This document shows, piece by piece, positions 1 through 8,941 of a stretch of DNA of 64,000 bases. The number at the start of each line of letters is the position of its first letter. Within the stretch, counting starts at the first letter, position 1. The stretch spans positions 10,243-74,242 of the forward strand of contig CAZXCQ010000001.1 in assembly GCA_964639275.1 (NCBI GenBank). Direction: 5' to 3'. A program made the translations under genes and the position numbers. The stretch is from an uncultured Desulfobacteraceae bacterium (GTDB lineage: Bacteria; Desulfobacterota; DSM-4660; Desulfatiglandales; Desulfatiglandaceae). The notes under the pieces are model-generated. The model worked only from the letters and a program-made list of their open reading frames with translations. It made no database searches and was not told where the DNA came from.

Positions 1-852
1 GAACTCCTCGCCTTTTTGTCCGAGATGAACAACCTGGACATTCCCTGGTTTCAGACGATAGGAAACCACGACTGCCTGGGGCTCGGAAACATCCCGCCAC
101 GGTACCTGGATGCCTTTTCCAATCTGGGTTTCGTCGACAAGGAAACATTTATCAAGAAACATTTTCCGGGCGAGAAAAAGGCCGTCAAAGTGGCATACGG
201 CTCCCGCGCTAAGGGGTTTGATTTCAGCCCCGGATTCGCGGGGTTTCCGGAAAGCAGTCGGGGGTATTACGCTTTTACTGCACGGCCCCCCATTCAAGGT
301 GGGGCAGGGCAGCTGATCCAGCCCGGTATAAGGTTCTATGTTCTAAACACCAGCAGGAGGGCAGGTACCGCCATGGGCCGGGTGGACAAGGGACAGCTTG
401 ATTGGCTTTCCGGGCAACTGGAAAGACATCCCAATCATCTTGCCCTGGTTGTTTCGCATCATCCGATCCACATGATCAGCGAAGGTCGAGATGAGCTGGT
501 CAGGATCCTTCACCGCTACCCACAGGTCATCGCGCTCCTTTGCGGCCACGACCATATGCATCACATCGAGGCCTTTGCGCAACCGGGCGATCCGGCACGG
601 GGGTTTTGGCAAATCCAGACGTCTTCTTTGATTGACTTTCCTCAACAGGGACGTATCGTGGAAGTCTTGAACAATGGAGACGGCACCGGCACGATTCGCA
701 CATTTGTCTTCAACCAGCAGGCACGCGGGCACCTGGGCGAGAATGCCCGGGCCTCGTACAAGTCAGCAAAAGGGGAACTGTTTGACGGCTCCGGGACAAC
801 CCGGGATCGCGACGTAGCCCTCCTTTTCCAGATGCCGATCATGGGGCAGTAA
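1..852 (+). CDS. Metallophosphoesterase (calcineurin-like), 5' end cut by the window edge
   Basis: The frame is open from nt 1. GNHD (TIGNHDCLG) and GHDHMHH motifs are present. The upstream DxH/GDxxD motifs are absent, so the start lies before the window. Confidence 0.7.
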   Translation, partial: ELLAFLSEMNNLDIPWFQTIGNHDCLGLGNIPPRYLDAFSNLGFVDKETFIKKHFPGEKKAVKVAYGSRAKGFDFSPGFAGFPESSRGYYAFTARPPIQGGAGQLIQPGIRFYVLNTSRRAGTAMGRVDKGQLDWLSGQLERHPNHLALVVSHHPIHMISEGRDELVRILHRYPQVIALLCGHDHMHHIEAFAQPGDPARGFWQIQTSSLIDFPQQGRIVEVLNNGDGTGTIRTFVFNQQARGHLGENARASYKSAKGELFDGSGTTRDRDVALLFQMPIMGQ

Positions 853-898
853 ATCAGGGGGGCTTTACTGCCACTTTTCTAACCGGTTACCAAATTTC

Positions 899-1402
899 TT
901 ATCTCACTCGGTGCGACCTATTGATTTCCCGACTATCATTTTCAGGAGAATTTACGGCGTTACGATATTCTATTATCTTCTCTCTTACTAATTTTTCTTC
1001 CTCAGGGGATAGCGGCTTATATCCTCTGCTATAAGTCCATCCATATCCCCATCTGTACCAGGTTGGAAAATAAGCGCTTCCACCAACCCTCACCCCATTG
1101 TACATTAGTTCTGCCAATTCAGCGTCTTTTGTTTTCTCATAGACACATTCCTTTAATTCAATGTCAGCCCTCTTCCGCTCCTCCTCAGTCCCTCCGCGCC
1201 AATAAGCAAGGTCGTGTCTATAACAGCATTCAAGCCAATCTTTACCTGAAAAGGGTGATTTATCAAAAAAAAGACTACACCCATCACTTCTAAAATCATT
1301 TAGCTCAAGAGTTGTGGCGCAGGCATTTAGTGCCAGCAGAGATATTAGAATCGTACAGGTAAAATACTTTCCCCTTTGTCGAATTCTTGCTAATTTTTTC
1401 AT
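899..1402 (-). CDS. Lipoprotein with a prokaryotic phospholipase A2-like domain
   Basis: Lipobox-like signal (LLALNAC). CCYRHDLAYW matches the PLA2 catalytic CCxxHDxxY motif. The gene is visibly more AT-rich than its neighbours. Confidence 0.55.
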   Translation of the reverse strand: MKKLARIRQRGKYFTCTILISLLALNACATTLELNDFRSDGCSLFFDKSPFSGKDWLECCYRHDLAYWRGGTEEERKRADIELKECVYEKTKDAELAELMYNGVRVGGSAYFPTWYRWGYGWTYSRGYKPLSPEEEKLVREKIIEYRNAVNSPENDSREINRSHRVR

Positions 1403-1582
1403 GATTCTAACAGTTTTTTTCAGAAAATCCGCCTAACATAAAGATTAAATGGACTTTATTTAAGCCTCGAAACCAGGCCCTTTACGCTTAGAAAGGGAAA
1501 GTGGAAGCACAACCCCTCATTCAACAAGGGCCAGGGGGAATTCGCGGGGTTTGGATCCCAAGGCTGATCACGGCTTATCCCC

Positions 1583-2197
1583 TCAATCGCCTGCCACGAT
1601 CTCCACGCGGCGGTTGAGCTGTTTGTTCTCTTTGGAGGTGTTTGGCATTAGGGGCATACCCTCGCCATACCCCATGACCTTTAGCCGATCAGGCAAAATC
1701 CCGCATTGGTCGGTTAGGTACTTTTTGACTGCAGAGGCCCGTTTGAAGCTGAGCTTGAGGTTGTATTCCTCTTTGCCGTCAGAGTCGGTGTGGCCGTTGA
1801 TGGTGATAGCACGGTCTCTCAGTTTCGGGCCCCTCAGGGCCTTTCCCAGTTGGTTCAGCGTCTCATAGGATTCCCGACGAATCCGGTAGGAATTGACATC
1901 GAATTGGATCTGAAGATTCACAAAACCGCCCTTTCTCTTTTCGGGGACCCTGATCGTCTCCCACGTCTCGACCCCTTTCTCCTTCTTCAGGACCTTGACC
2001 TCCCGGGTCTTCTCCGGTGGCTTGGGCTTGCTGGCCAGGGATTCCCAGCCGGCCTTCTCTGAAGAGCGGTCTTCATCAGAGCCCAGGAGACTTTGCGTGA
2101 TTCCATCGGATGTGGTCTCAAAACCGTACTTCCCGGCAAAACAGGTACTGGCGAAAATGAGAAATACCGCCGCAAATTGCAAAATCTCTCGTTTCAT
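1583..2197 (-). CDS. OmpA family protein (C-terminal OmpA-like peptidoglycan-binding domain)
   Basis: C-terminal NGHTDSDG...YNLKLSFKRA..V..YL...RL...GYGE..P......NRRVEIV signature. I place the start at the internal ATG at 2197 (MKREILQFAAVFLIFASTCFA signal peptide), preceded by GGAGG. Confidence 0.85.
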   Translation of the reverse strand: MKREILQFAAVFLIFASTCFAGKYGFETTSDGITQSLLGSDEDRSSEKAGWESLASKPKPPEKTREVKVLKKEKGVETWETIRVPEKRKGGFVNLQIQFDVNSYRIRRESYETLNQLGKALRGPKLRDRAITINGHTDSDGKEEYNLKLSFKRASAVKKYLTDQCGILPDRLKVMGYGEGMPLMPNTSKENKQLNRRVEIVAGD

Positions 2198-2433
2198 AAT
2201 GACCTCCCTACTTAAAATAAAAATGGCGGGATTTTGATACTCTATCCAAATCCAAACAGACGATTGGAATTGAAATATAACATAATCATGAGAAGCCATT
2301 CAAATGATTTTGTAATCTCGCGAGGGGCATACAAGGGCCATTTCAAGGCACTGGAATTGAGCATGGTTCGGCGCATTTTTTTGTTTGTTTGTTTGATTTG
2401 GCAGCGGTTGATTAAAAAAAATGGATGGAAAAA

Positions 2434-2462
2434 TTGACATTACCGCCCCTCTGAGGGATAAT
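2434..2462 (+). promoter_or_regulatory. Sigma70-like promoter candidate (TTGACA-N17-GATAAT)
   Basis: TTGACA at 2434-2439, a 17-nt spacer, then GATAAT at 2457-2462. It lies ~410 nt upstream of the vWA gene, which implies a long leader. Confidence 0.3.
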
Positions 2463-2871
2463 AATAGTGTATTAGACTTGAGCTTCTCTTTGGCCTCCAG
2501 TTGTTGTTTTGCCAATAATCTTCCCAGGTGCAGCCATGAGAAAACTGAGTCCTAAGATATTCCCGTCTCTCGCATTTGCTTTTTTGTCACCCTATTCCAT
2601 CTGTTCGCCTCTCCATCCGATTCAAAGGCAATCTCCCTTGGCTTGGCCTGACTGGAGCAGAACAGAATGGAGGGGTCAATTTGACCTTTAGGAGTTTGCC
2701 ACTTTACGTGCCAAATTAGACTTTTAAGAGCATGGGTTAGAAACATGGTGCCAATGCTAGGAGGTCCCCGCCGTGAAAATGCCGGATTTTTGGACTTTTC
2801 GGCAGAGGCATCGTCCCCTCTTTAATTATTTAACAACCTCACATTCAGCGGATAGGGAGGAGGAATGAGAA

Positions 2872-3612
2872 ATGAGCAAGCTTACATTGTTCTTGTGCTG
2901 CGTAATTTCCGTTTTCGCCATTGTCAGCGTGGCAAATGCTGGCCAGGCACCAAAGGGAGTTTACCTTACTAAACAGGAAGCACAGGCCAAGGCAGACGCC
3001 TTAAAAGGAAAGGTTTACAAAGATCAAATCGAGTGGGTTTACGATTTGGACGGCAACATCCTTAACGTGCGCCCGAAGATTCAGCCAGAGGGATATCATG
3101 ATAGTAATGGAAATTGGATTAAAGGCGCCCCTACAGGGTATCACGTAGTCCATGATATGAATACGGGAGCTGTGTATTGGTATAAAGATGATCCAATTGC
3201 CTTTTCTGTAGTATATGTTATTGATGCTTCTGGAAGTATGTCCGGAGCTAAACTATCGGAAGCCAAGGCATCGGTAAGGGGTGGCCTCGATTATTTGGCC
3301 AAGAAAGGAGCCAAAGGCATCGAGATAGCACTATTTTACTTTAGTGGTTGCGGCAACTGCAATTTGGTCCAGCCGTTTACGACCGACTACGAAGGAATTA
3401 AGAAAAAGCTTAACTTTTCCGCAAGTGGAGGTACGCCCATAACCTTTTCGCTGAAAAAGGTATCCAACTATCTCAGAAAGAATGGCAAAGGGGACAGCGG
3501 TGAGATCATTCTTCTATCAGATGGCGGAGAAAGCTGCCAAAATCCAAACTCCCCAGAAAAAGTGGCTGGTGATATTTACGTGAAGAGGAAATATTTTGAT
3601 AACCTAAAATAG
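2872..3612 (+). CDS. Exported von Willebrand factor A domain protein, N-terminal half of the fold (MIDAS-bearing)
   Basis: Signal peptide MSKLTLFLCCVISVFAIVSVANA. MIDAS DxSxS (VIDASGSMSG), GGTPI threonine motif and LLSDGGES are present. GGAGGAGG RBS. Ends with TAG at 3610-3612. Confidence 0.75.
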   Translation: MSKLTLFLCCVISVFAIVSVANAGQAPKGVYLTKQEAQAKADALKGKVYKDQIEWVYDLDGNILNVRPKIQPEGYHDSNGNWIKGAPTGYHVVHDMNTGAVYWYKDDPIAFSVVYVIDASGSMSGAKLSEAKASVRGGLDYLAKKGAKGIEIALFYFSGCGNCNLVQPFTTDYEGIKKKLNFSASGGTPITFSLKKVSNYLRKNGKGDSGEIILLSDGGESCQNPNSPEKVAGDIYVKRKYFDNLK

Positions 3613-3621
3613 GAGAGGATT

Positions 3622-4038
3622 ATGAAATCTATATTTGGGCTCATATTGGCGTTATTTCTCTCGGCGGCTTGGATATCGATAGGGCTGGCACAGGGCGGAC
3701 AGAAGTTGAACGATATGCCTATCCGCATACACGCTATCGGTTTTGATATCAAGAAAGGCTCTGCGGAAGAAAAACAGCTTAAAGGGATAGCAAGAAACGG
3801 AGGGGGCTCCTATTATCCTGCATCCAATGCGGAAGAGTTAAATGAAGTGCTCAAAGCTACCGTGGAAAAGGCTATTCTGGAGAGCACTCCTCCACCTCCT
3901 CCCAAACAACAACCCCGCTTCCAGGAGGACACCTGGCAGAGCATTCGTGAACGCGATTCCTCCTCGACAGGACTGGCCGAGGAACCGTTAGAGAGGAGAA
4001 AGATACCCAAAGGGCATAGGACCGGTTATGGATTCTAG
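3622..4038 (+). CDS. Exported protein carrying the C-terminal third of a vWA fold plus a Pro-rich tail
   Basis: Has its own signal-like segment (MKSIFGLILALFLSAAWISIGLA). IRIHAIGFD...QLKGIARNGGGSYYPASNAEELNEVL matches the beta5-alpha6-beta6 part of vWA domains. It is in the same reading frame as 2872-3612, 9 nt after that gene's TAG. Confidence 0.6.
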   Translation: MKSIFGLILALFLSAAWISIGLAQGGQKLNDMPIRIHAIGFDIKKGSAEEKQLKGIARNGGGSYYPASNAEELNEVLKATVEKAILESTPPPPPKQQPRFQEDTWQSIRERDSSSTGLAEEPLERRKIPKGHRTGYGF

Positions 4039-4127
4039 CCCGATGCACCCGGGTTTTGGGGTGAAAGGGATACCTAACGCCCGACAATGCGATGTTAACC
4101 ATAACTGACGGAAAGGAGGGACGAGAG

Positions 4128-7100
4128 ATGGCCCAGCGTCATTCCTTTTTCTTAAGTTTCGTCCTGATCGCATTTCTTGTCCTTGCATGGGCAGGGGTGG
4201 CTCTTGGGGAGAATCGCGGAATCACCGTCAAGATCAGGGCCTCAAATGACGCCAATGCGCCTGTGAGCGAGAGCGTTAAACTCTATGACAGCAGCTATGC
4301 CCTCGTGATTGGCATCGACAACTACACGGCTGGATGGCCGAAGCTGAAGAACGCAATTGCTGACGCCAAAGAAGTTGCCGCAGAATTAGAAAAGAGGGGT
4401 TTTGAAGTGACCTTTAAGGAAAACCTTGACAGCGCAAATTTGCGGGAAACCCTTAGAGAGTTCTTTCTAAAGGGGCAGGATCCCAACGCCCGCCTCTTTC
4501 TATGGTATGCGGGCCACGGCCATAGCCTCAAGGACGAGGGGTTCCTGGTTCCGGCTGACGCGCCACCTCCGACTGCACGCAAGTTCAAACTCAAGTCCAT
4601 TCACATGCGTGAGTTCGGTAGCTTAATGCGGCTCGCCGAATCAAAACACGTTTTCGCCGTGTTTGACAGCTGTTTTTCAGGCACCATCTTCAAGACTCGG
4701 GCCGGCATGGTGCCTGCTGCCGTCACTCACGCCACGACCAAGCCGGTGAGGCAGTTTTTGGCCTCTGGCGACGCCAACCAGGAGGTCCGTGACGACGGTA
4801 CCTTCCGCAAGGTCTTTTTGAGTGCCCTGCGGGGCGAAAGTCGGGCTGACGCAAATGGGGATGGCTATCTTCTGGGAAGCGAGTTAGGGCTTTATCTTTA
4901 TAATGAGGTTACCAATTACACCGAAGAGGCCCAGACACCCCTTTATGGGAAGCTGCAGGATCCGGATTTTAACCTTGGCGATTTCGTATTCTTGCTCCCG
5001 GACCGGGGTGGGGCTAAAGCCGCCTCCACTGAAGGTCCCAAGGAGGGTGCCACCAAAGCGACTGCGCAGACCGGGGAAGACAAGATGGTCGAGATTGCGT
5101 TCTGGGCGTCGATTGCGGCAGGCGACGATCCTGCTGAATTTGAAAACTATCTGGAAAAGTATCCCAAAGGTGACTATGTGACCCTTGCTAGACACAAGAT
5201 AGAAACGCTACGGGCCCCAAAGCCGGTCCCCCCGGAAGATAAAACGTCGGCAGCCACCGTGACGAAAGGAGAGAAACAGGCCAAGGTCCAGGAAAAGAAA
5301 GAAGAAGAGACCCATTTGCGCATTGGCGCCGATGCCAAGCTCGTGCAGGCAAGTGAAAAATCCCAGCAACAGGAATGGAGTCCAGTGGCCCCTTCCCAGG
5401 CTGAAAAGCCCTTTGTCATCGCAGCAGCAACCGGGCTTGATCAGGTCTTTGCCGGCACAGGCAAACCGACGGTTCTGAAGAAGGGCACTGAAGCGCCACA
5501 GGCCGCCGGGATGAAGGATGGCTATGCGATTGCGCCCGACGCATGGGCACTAAGCGACCCCCAGGGAGACAGCCTTTACAAGGTGGATGGCAGGTGGATT
5601 CACATGAAGGCCAACGGCGGCCACAATATCTGGGACTGCAACCGCGACCTGGCGCCCATCCTGTGGGTAAACACGCCTGGGAGGGATAGCTGGACCGCAC
5701 AGGTGAAATTCGAGCTTGCGGCCCGCATTGGGAACACCCATGTGGGTCTGGTCGTCTGGAATGGGAGGGAGGAGCGACCCGTCAACGCCCTCTATTTCGG
5801 CCCTGTGGGGACAAACCAGATCCAGGTGGCCGGATCTTACCGAGACGGATGCCGAAGCGGGCCGGGTCACCTGTCAAAGCAGAAGGGCAGCACTGGAGAT
5901 TTCGCTCTCCATTATACCGGTACCAGGGGATGGCTCCGCATATGCCGGCAGGGGGACCGGTTTACCTTCTATTTCAAATCCCCTTTTAAAAGGCAATGGC
6001 TTGAGGTAGGATCCCTTCTCACCGAGGCCAAGGATGGCTTTTCCCGTGTGGGCCTAATCACTAAGACGTGGCGAAATGAGCCGGTTCAGGTATCCTTTGC
6101 TGACTTCCGGATCATGCCGGGCCTGACCGGGGTAAAGCGCTGGCAGCCGGCCTATTTTCGCCGGCTTGAAGAGTCAGGTGAGGCAACTTTTAGAGACAAG
6201 GATTTCACCGATTTCGAGTGGAGCGACCCCCAGGGCGATTCGGTCCACGAAATCGTGGGTTCAAAAGTAATGTTGAAGGCGAACGGGGGTCATAGTATCT
6301 GGGACTGTAACAGAGAGCTCGCCCCTATCCTCTCTGTGGAGACACCGCCGGCCGACACCTGGACAGCACAGGTGGAATTTGAAATGCCATCGCGCATCGG
6401 CAATTCCCAGGTCGGCCTGGTGTTGTGGGACGGGGCAGAACAGCGACCGGTCCACGCCCTTTACTTTGGCCCAAGCGGTACAAACGAAATCGAGGTAGCC
6501 GGATCTTACCGAGACGGATGCCGAAGCGGCCCGGGCCACTTGGCCCAGGTCAAAGGGAGTTCGGGTGACTTCAGGCTAAAATATGACCGCACCAGGGGGT
6601 GGCTCCGCATCACCAAACAGGGCAACCTGGTCAGTTTCTATTTCAAGTCGCCCCACAAGAAGCAATGGCGGAAAATTGGTTCGCTCTTGACCACCGTAAA
6701 GGACGGCTTTGATCGGATCGGGCTGATGGCCAAAACCTGGCGGGGTGAGCCGGTCCAGACAACCTTCTCCGACTTCACCCTGATGACAGGCGTGGCCGGA
6801 GCCAGGCGATGGATTCCCGATTATTTTGCCAGGCTGAAAAGCGGCAAACCCGAACTGTTTTCTGGAAGGGACTTTGTTGATTTTGAATGGAGCGATCCAC
6901 AGGGAGATTCAGTCCACGAGATTGTCGGGGCAAGAGTCAAGTTGAAAGCAAACGGAGGCCACAGCATATGGGACTGTAACCGAGAGCTGGCACCCATGTT
7001 GACGGTTGAAGCGCCCCCCCGCGACACCTGGGTCACCCAGGTGGATTTCAACATGCCCTCGCGCGTGGGTAACTCCCATGTCGGTCTGGTCTTGTGGAAC

Positions 7101-7472
7101 GGTGCTGAGGAACGACCGGTTCACGCCCTTTACTTCGGCCCTACGGGAACAAACGAGATCCAGATAGCAGGCTCATACCGCGACGGATGCCGAAGCGGCC
7201 CAGATCATTTGGCCAAGGTAGAAGGAAATCAAGGCCAGTTTAGATCCGAGTATAAAGGGACCTCAGGTCGTCTTCGGATTATCAAGACCGGCCCCAACTA
7301 CCGGTTCGCCTTCTGGTCGCCCGAGTCAAAGAAATGGGAGGACATGGGGAACGTTGAAACCACGGTAAAGGATAACTTCAAACGCATCGGCCTGATCGCC
7401 AAGACCTGGCGCAACGAACCGGCTGAGGTAGAGTTCGCCAATTTCATGATCCTGCCAGGGGCCTGGCGATAA
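4128..7472 (+). CDS. Exported caspase-family (peptidase C14) protein with three tandem ConA-like/DUF1349-like repeats
   Basis: Start at ATG 4128 after GGAGGG, giving signal MAQRHSFFLSFVLIAFLVLAWAGVALG. His/Cys dyad context is YAGHGH and FDSCFSGT. A FW.S......F..YL..YP.G helical motif follows, then 3 x 223-aa repeats (DPQGDS...KANGGH.IWDCNR.LAP...GSYRDGCRSGP...FYFKSP). Confidence 0.85.
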   Translation: MAQRHSFFLSFVLIAFLVLAWAGVALGENRGITVKIRASNDANAPVSESVKLYDSSYALVIGIDNYTAGWPKLKNAIADAKEVAAELEKRGFEVTFKENLDSANLRETLREFFLKGQDPNARLFLWYAGHGHSLKDEGFLVPADAPPPTARKFKLKSIHMREFGSLMRLAESKHVFAVFDSCFSGTIFKTRAGMVPAAVTHATTKPVRQFLASGDANQEVRDDGTFRKVFLSALRGESRADANGDGYLLGSELGLYLYNEVTNYTEEAQTPLYGKLQDPDFNLGDFVFLLPDRGGAKAASTEGPKEGATKATAQTGEDKMVEIAFWASIAAGDDPAEFENYLEKYPKGDYVTLARHKIETLRAPKPVPPEDKTSAATVTKGEKQAKVQEKKEEETHLRIGADAKLVQASEKSQQQEWSPVAPSQAEKPFVIAAATGLDQVFAGTGKPTVLKKGTEAPQAAGMKDGYAIAPDAWALSDPQGDSLYKVDGRWIHMKANGGHNIWDCNRDLAPILWVNTPGRDSWTAQVKFELAARIGNTHVGLVVWNGREERPVNALYFGPVGTNQIQVAGSYRDGCRSGPGHLSKQKGSTGDFALHYTGTRGWLRICRQGDRFTFYFKSPFKRQWLEVGSLLTEAKDGFSRVGLITKTWRNEPVQVSFADFRIMPGLTGVKRWQPAYFRRLEESGEATFRDKDFTDFEWSDPQGDSVHEIVGSKVMLKANGGHSIWDCNRELAPILSVETPPADTWTAQVEFEMPSRIGNSQVGLVLWDGAEQRPVHALYFGPSGTNEIEVAGSYRDGCRSGPGHLAQVKGSSGDFRLKYDRTRGWLRITKQGNLVSFYFKSPHKKQWRKIGSLLTTVKDGFDRIGLMAKTWRGEPVQTTFSDFTLMTGVAGARRWIPDYFARLKSGKPELFSGRDFVDFEWSDPQGDSVHEIVGARVKLKANGGHSIWDCNRELAPMLTVEAPPRDTWVTQVDFNMPSRVGNSHVGLVLWNGAEERPVHALYFGPTGTNEIQIAGSYRDGCRSGPDHLAKVEGNQGQFRSEYKGTSGRLRIIKTGPNYRFAFWSPESKKWEDMGNVETTVKDNFKRIGLIAKTWRNEPAEVEFANFMILPGAWR
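5526..7469 (+). repeat. Three in-frame tandem repeats with an exact 669-nt period inside the caspase gene
   Basis: The DPQGDS codons start at 5556, 6225 and 6894 (669-nt spacing). The 31-nt string ccggatcttaccgagacggatgccgaagcgg is identical at 5830 and 6499. Confidence 0.9.
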
Positions 7473-7783
7473 GATTTCAGGCTGCAAACGAAGCTACATT
7501 GCAATTCCGGGAACCTTGCCCAGGCCTTAGGGAAAGGGAGATTCTTTTGACATCTAGTCAAGATTCTGTTAAAATTGTTTTTGTTTTTGATATCGCTTTT
7601 ATCCGGTTCAAGCAGATAAAGTCAGACCTATTTGGCTTACTTCGCGATATTCTCTCCAGCCCCTTCCGCTCGGCAATCTCCTGCCAAGAGTTAGGGGTCA
7701 CAATATTCTGATGCTTGATCAAATTCAATAGAATATTTCATGATTTTCAATTTTTTTCGAAATCAGGTGAAAGGAGAAATAAG

Positions 7784-8941
7784 ATGAAAGCAAGAGGGAA
7801 AAAATGGGTATTTTTGTTAGCCGGTATCTTGTTGCTCTCGTTTCTTTGCAATGCTGCCTGGGCCATAGAAACCACCGGCATTGGGGAAGGGAGGACCCGG
7901 CAGGAGGCCATAAACAACGCCATCCGGGCGGCAATTGAACAGGCCCTGGGCACGCTTGTGAAATCTGATACCCGAGTGAGCCAGGGAAAGCTGATCTATG
8001 ACCGGATTGCCTCTGCCAGCGCGGGATATGTCAAAAATTATGATGTCTTGGCAGAGGGAAAAGACCCGATCAGTGAGTTATACAAGGTAAAACTGAAGGT
8101 AGAGCTCGATGATCACAAATTGAGGAACGCCGTGGATGAGTTTTTGAAGGACCCTCGGGCTCAACGGGCCTTTCAGCAGACGCGGTTCGATGAAAGAAAG
8201 ATCATTGTAGTCTACCAGCCCAGAACCGGCTTTGATCTTCCTGCGAACTCCAAGGGTGTCCTGACCATCATGGATCTGATTGAAGACAAGCTGGCAAGTT
8301 ACGGCTTCAGGGTATTTTTACCAGATCAGCTCGTCCGCATAAGAAAAAGGACAGCAGAGATGGTAGTGGATGAAGAGGCGGCCATCAACCTCGGCAGACA
8401 GGAAGCAGCAGATGCGGCAGTAGTCGTCAGCTTTGACGGGGCCAAGAGACCCACCTCCGACGGTTATTATCTGATTATGGTTACCCTCACCTTAAAGGCC
8501 CTGGACGTCACCACGGGTGAGCTCTTCGCCAATGTGCAGGATCGAGACAAGACGATTTCCAGGAGCGGCGAGTATGCAGTTCAGGATGGCGTTGCCCGAG
8601 CGGCGATCAAGGTGGGACCAAGGGTCGTGGATCGTCTGACAAAGAAAATCGTAAAACGATTTAGTACAAAGCGGGCGAAGTTTGTGTCTCTTATATTTAG
8701 AAACCTATCTCCACAGAATCAAGACAAGGTAGAAGGCCTCCTGGAGGAAATTGGATGGAGATACCGTGTTGCCCGTCAAACTGGTAATTATATGGAATTG
8801 GAGATTTTTAGTGAGGCAGATCCGACATCAGTAAGGCGGACGATTCGCCAGGCCACGCTTAAGGCAGGTCTTGGCGTTAGGCCAAGTGAAATGATTGGAA
8901 GCCGGGTCATCTTTGACGGAAAGGATACAGGAGGATACTAG
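7784..8941 (+). CDS. Exported protein with FlgT-like architecture (LPP20/FlgT_N-like N-domain, TolB_N/CsgG-like middle domain)
   Basis: ATG 7784 after AAGGAG, with signal MKARGKKWVFLLAGILLLSFLCNAAWA. GIGEGRTRQEAINNAIRAAIEQALGTLV...YDVL...YKVKLKV resembles LPP20/FlgT_N. The middle region (KIIVVYQP...LASYGFRVF...AADAAVVVSF) resembles a TolB_N/FlgO-type fold. Confidence 0.45.
   Translation: MKARGKKWVFLLAGILLLSFLCNAAWAIETTGIGEGRTRQEAINNAIRAAIEQALGTLVKSDTRVSQGKLIYDRIASASAGYVKNYDVLAEGKDPISELYKVKLKVELDDHKLRNAVDEFLKDPRAQRAFQQTRFDERKIIVVYQPRTGFDLPANSKGVLTIMDLIEDKLASYGFRVFLPDQLVRIRKRTAEMVVDEEAAINLGRQEAADAAVVVSFDGAKRPTSDGYYLIMVTLTLKALDVTTGELFANVQDRDKTISRSGEYAVQDGVARAAIKVGPRVVDRLTKKIVKRFSTKRAKFVSLIFRNLSPQNQDKVEGLLEEIGWRYRVARQTGNYMELEIFSEADPTSVRRTIRQATLKAGLGVRPSEMIGSRVIFDGKDTGGY

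Noticed and set aside
3610-3612. The in-frame TAG between the two vWA ORFs could encode pyrrolysine or be programmed readthrough.
   Set aside because: No pyl genes or methylamine methyltransferase context occur in the window. The downstream ORF has its own RBS, ATG and signal-like segment, so separate translation or a nonsense mutation is the simpler explanation. It is kept as a possibility only within the split-vWA finding.
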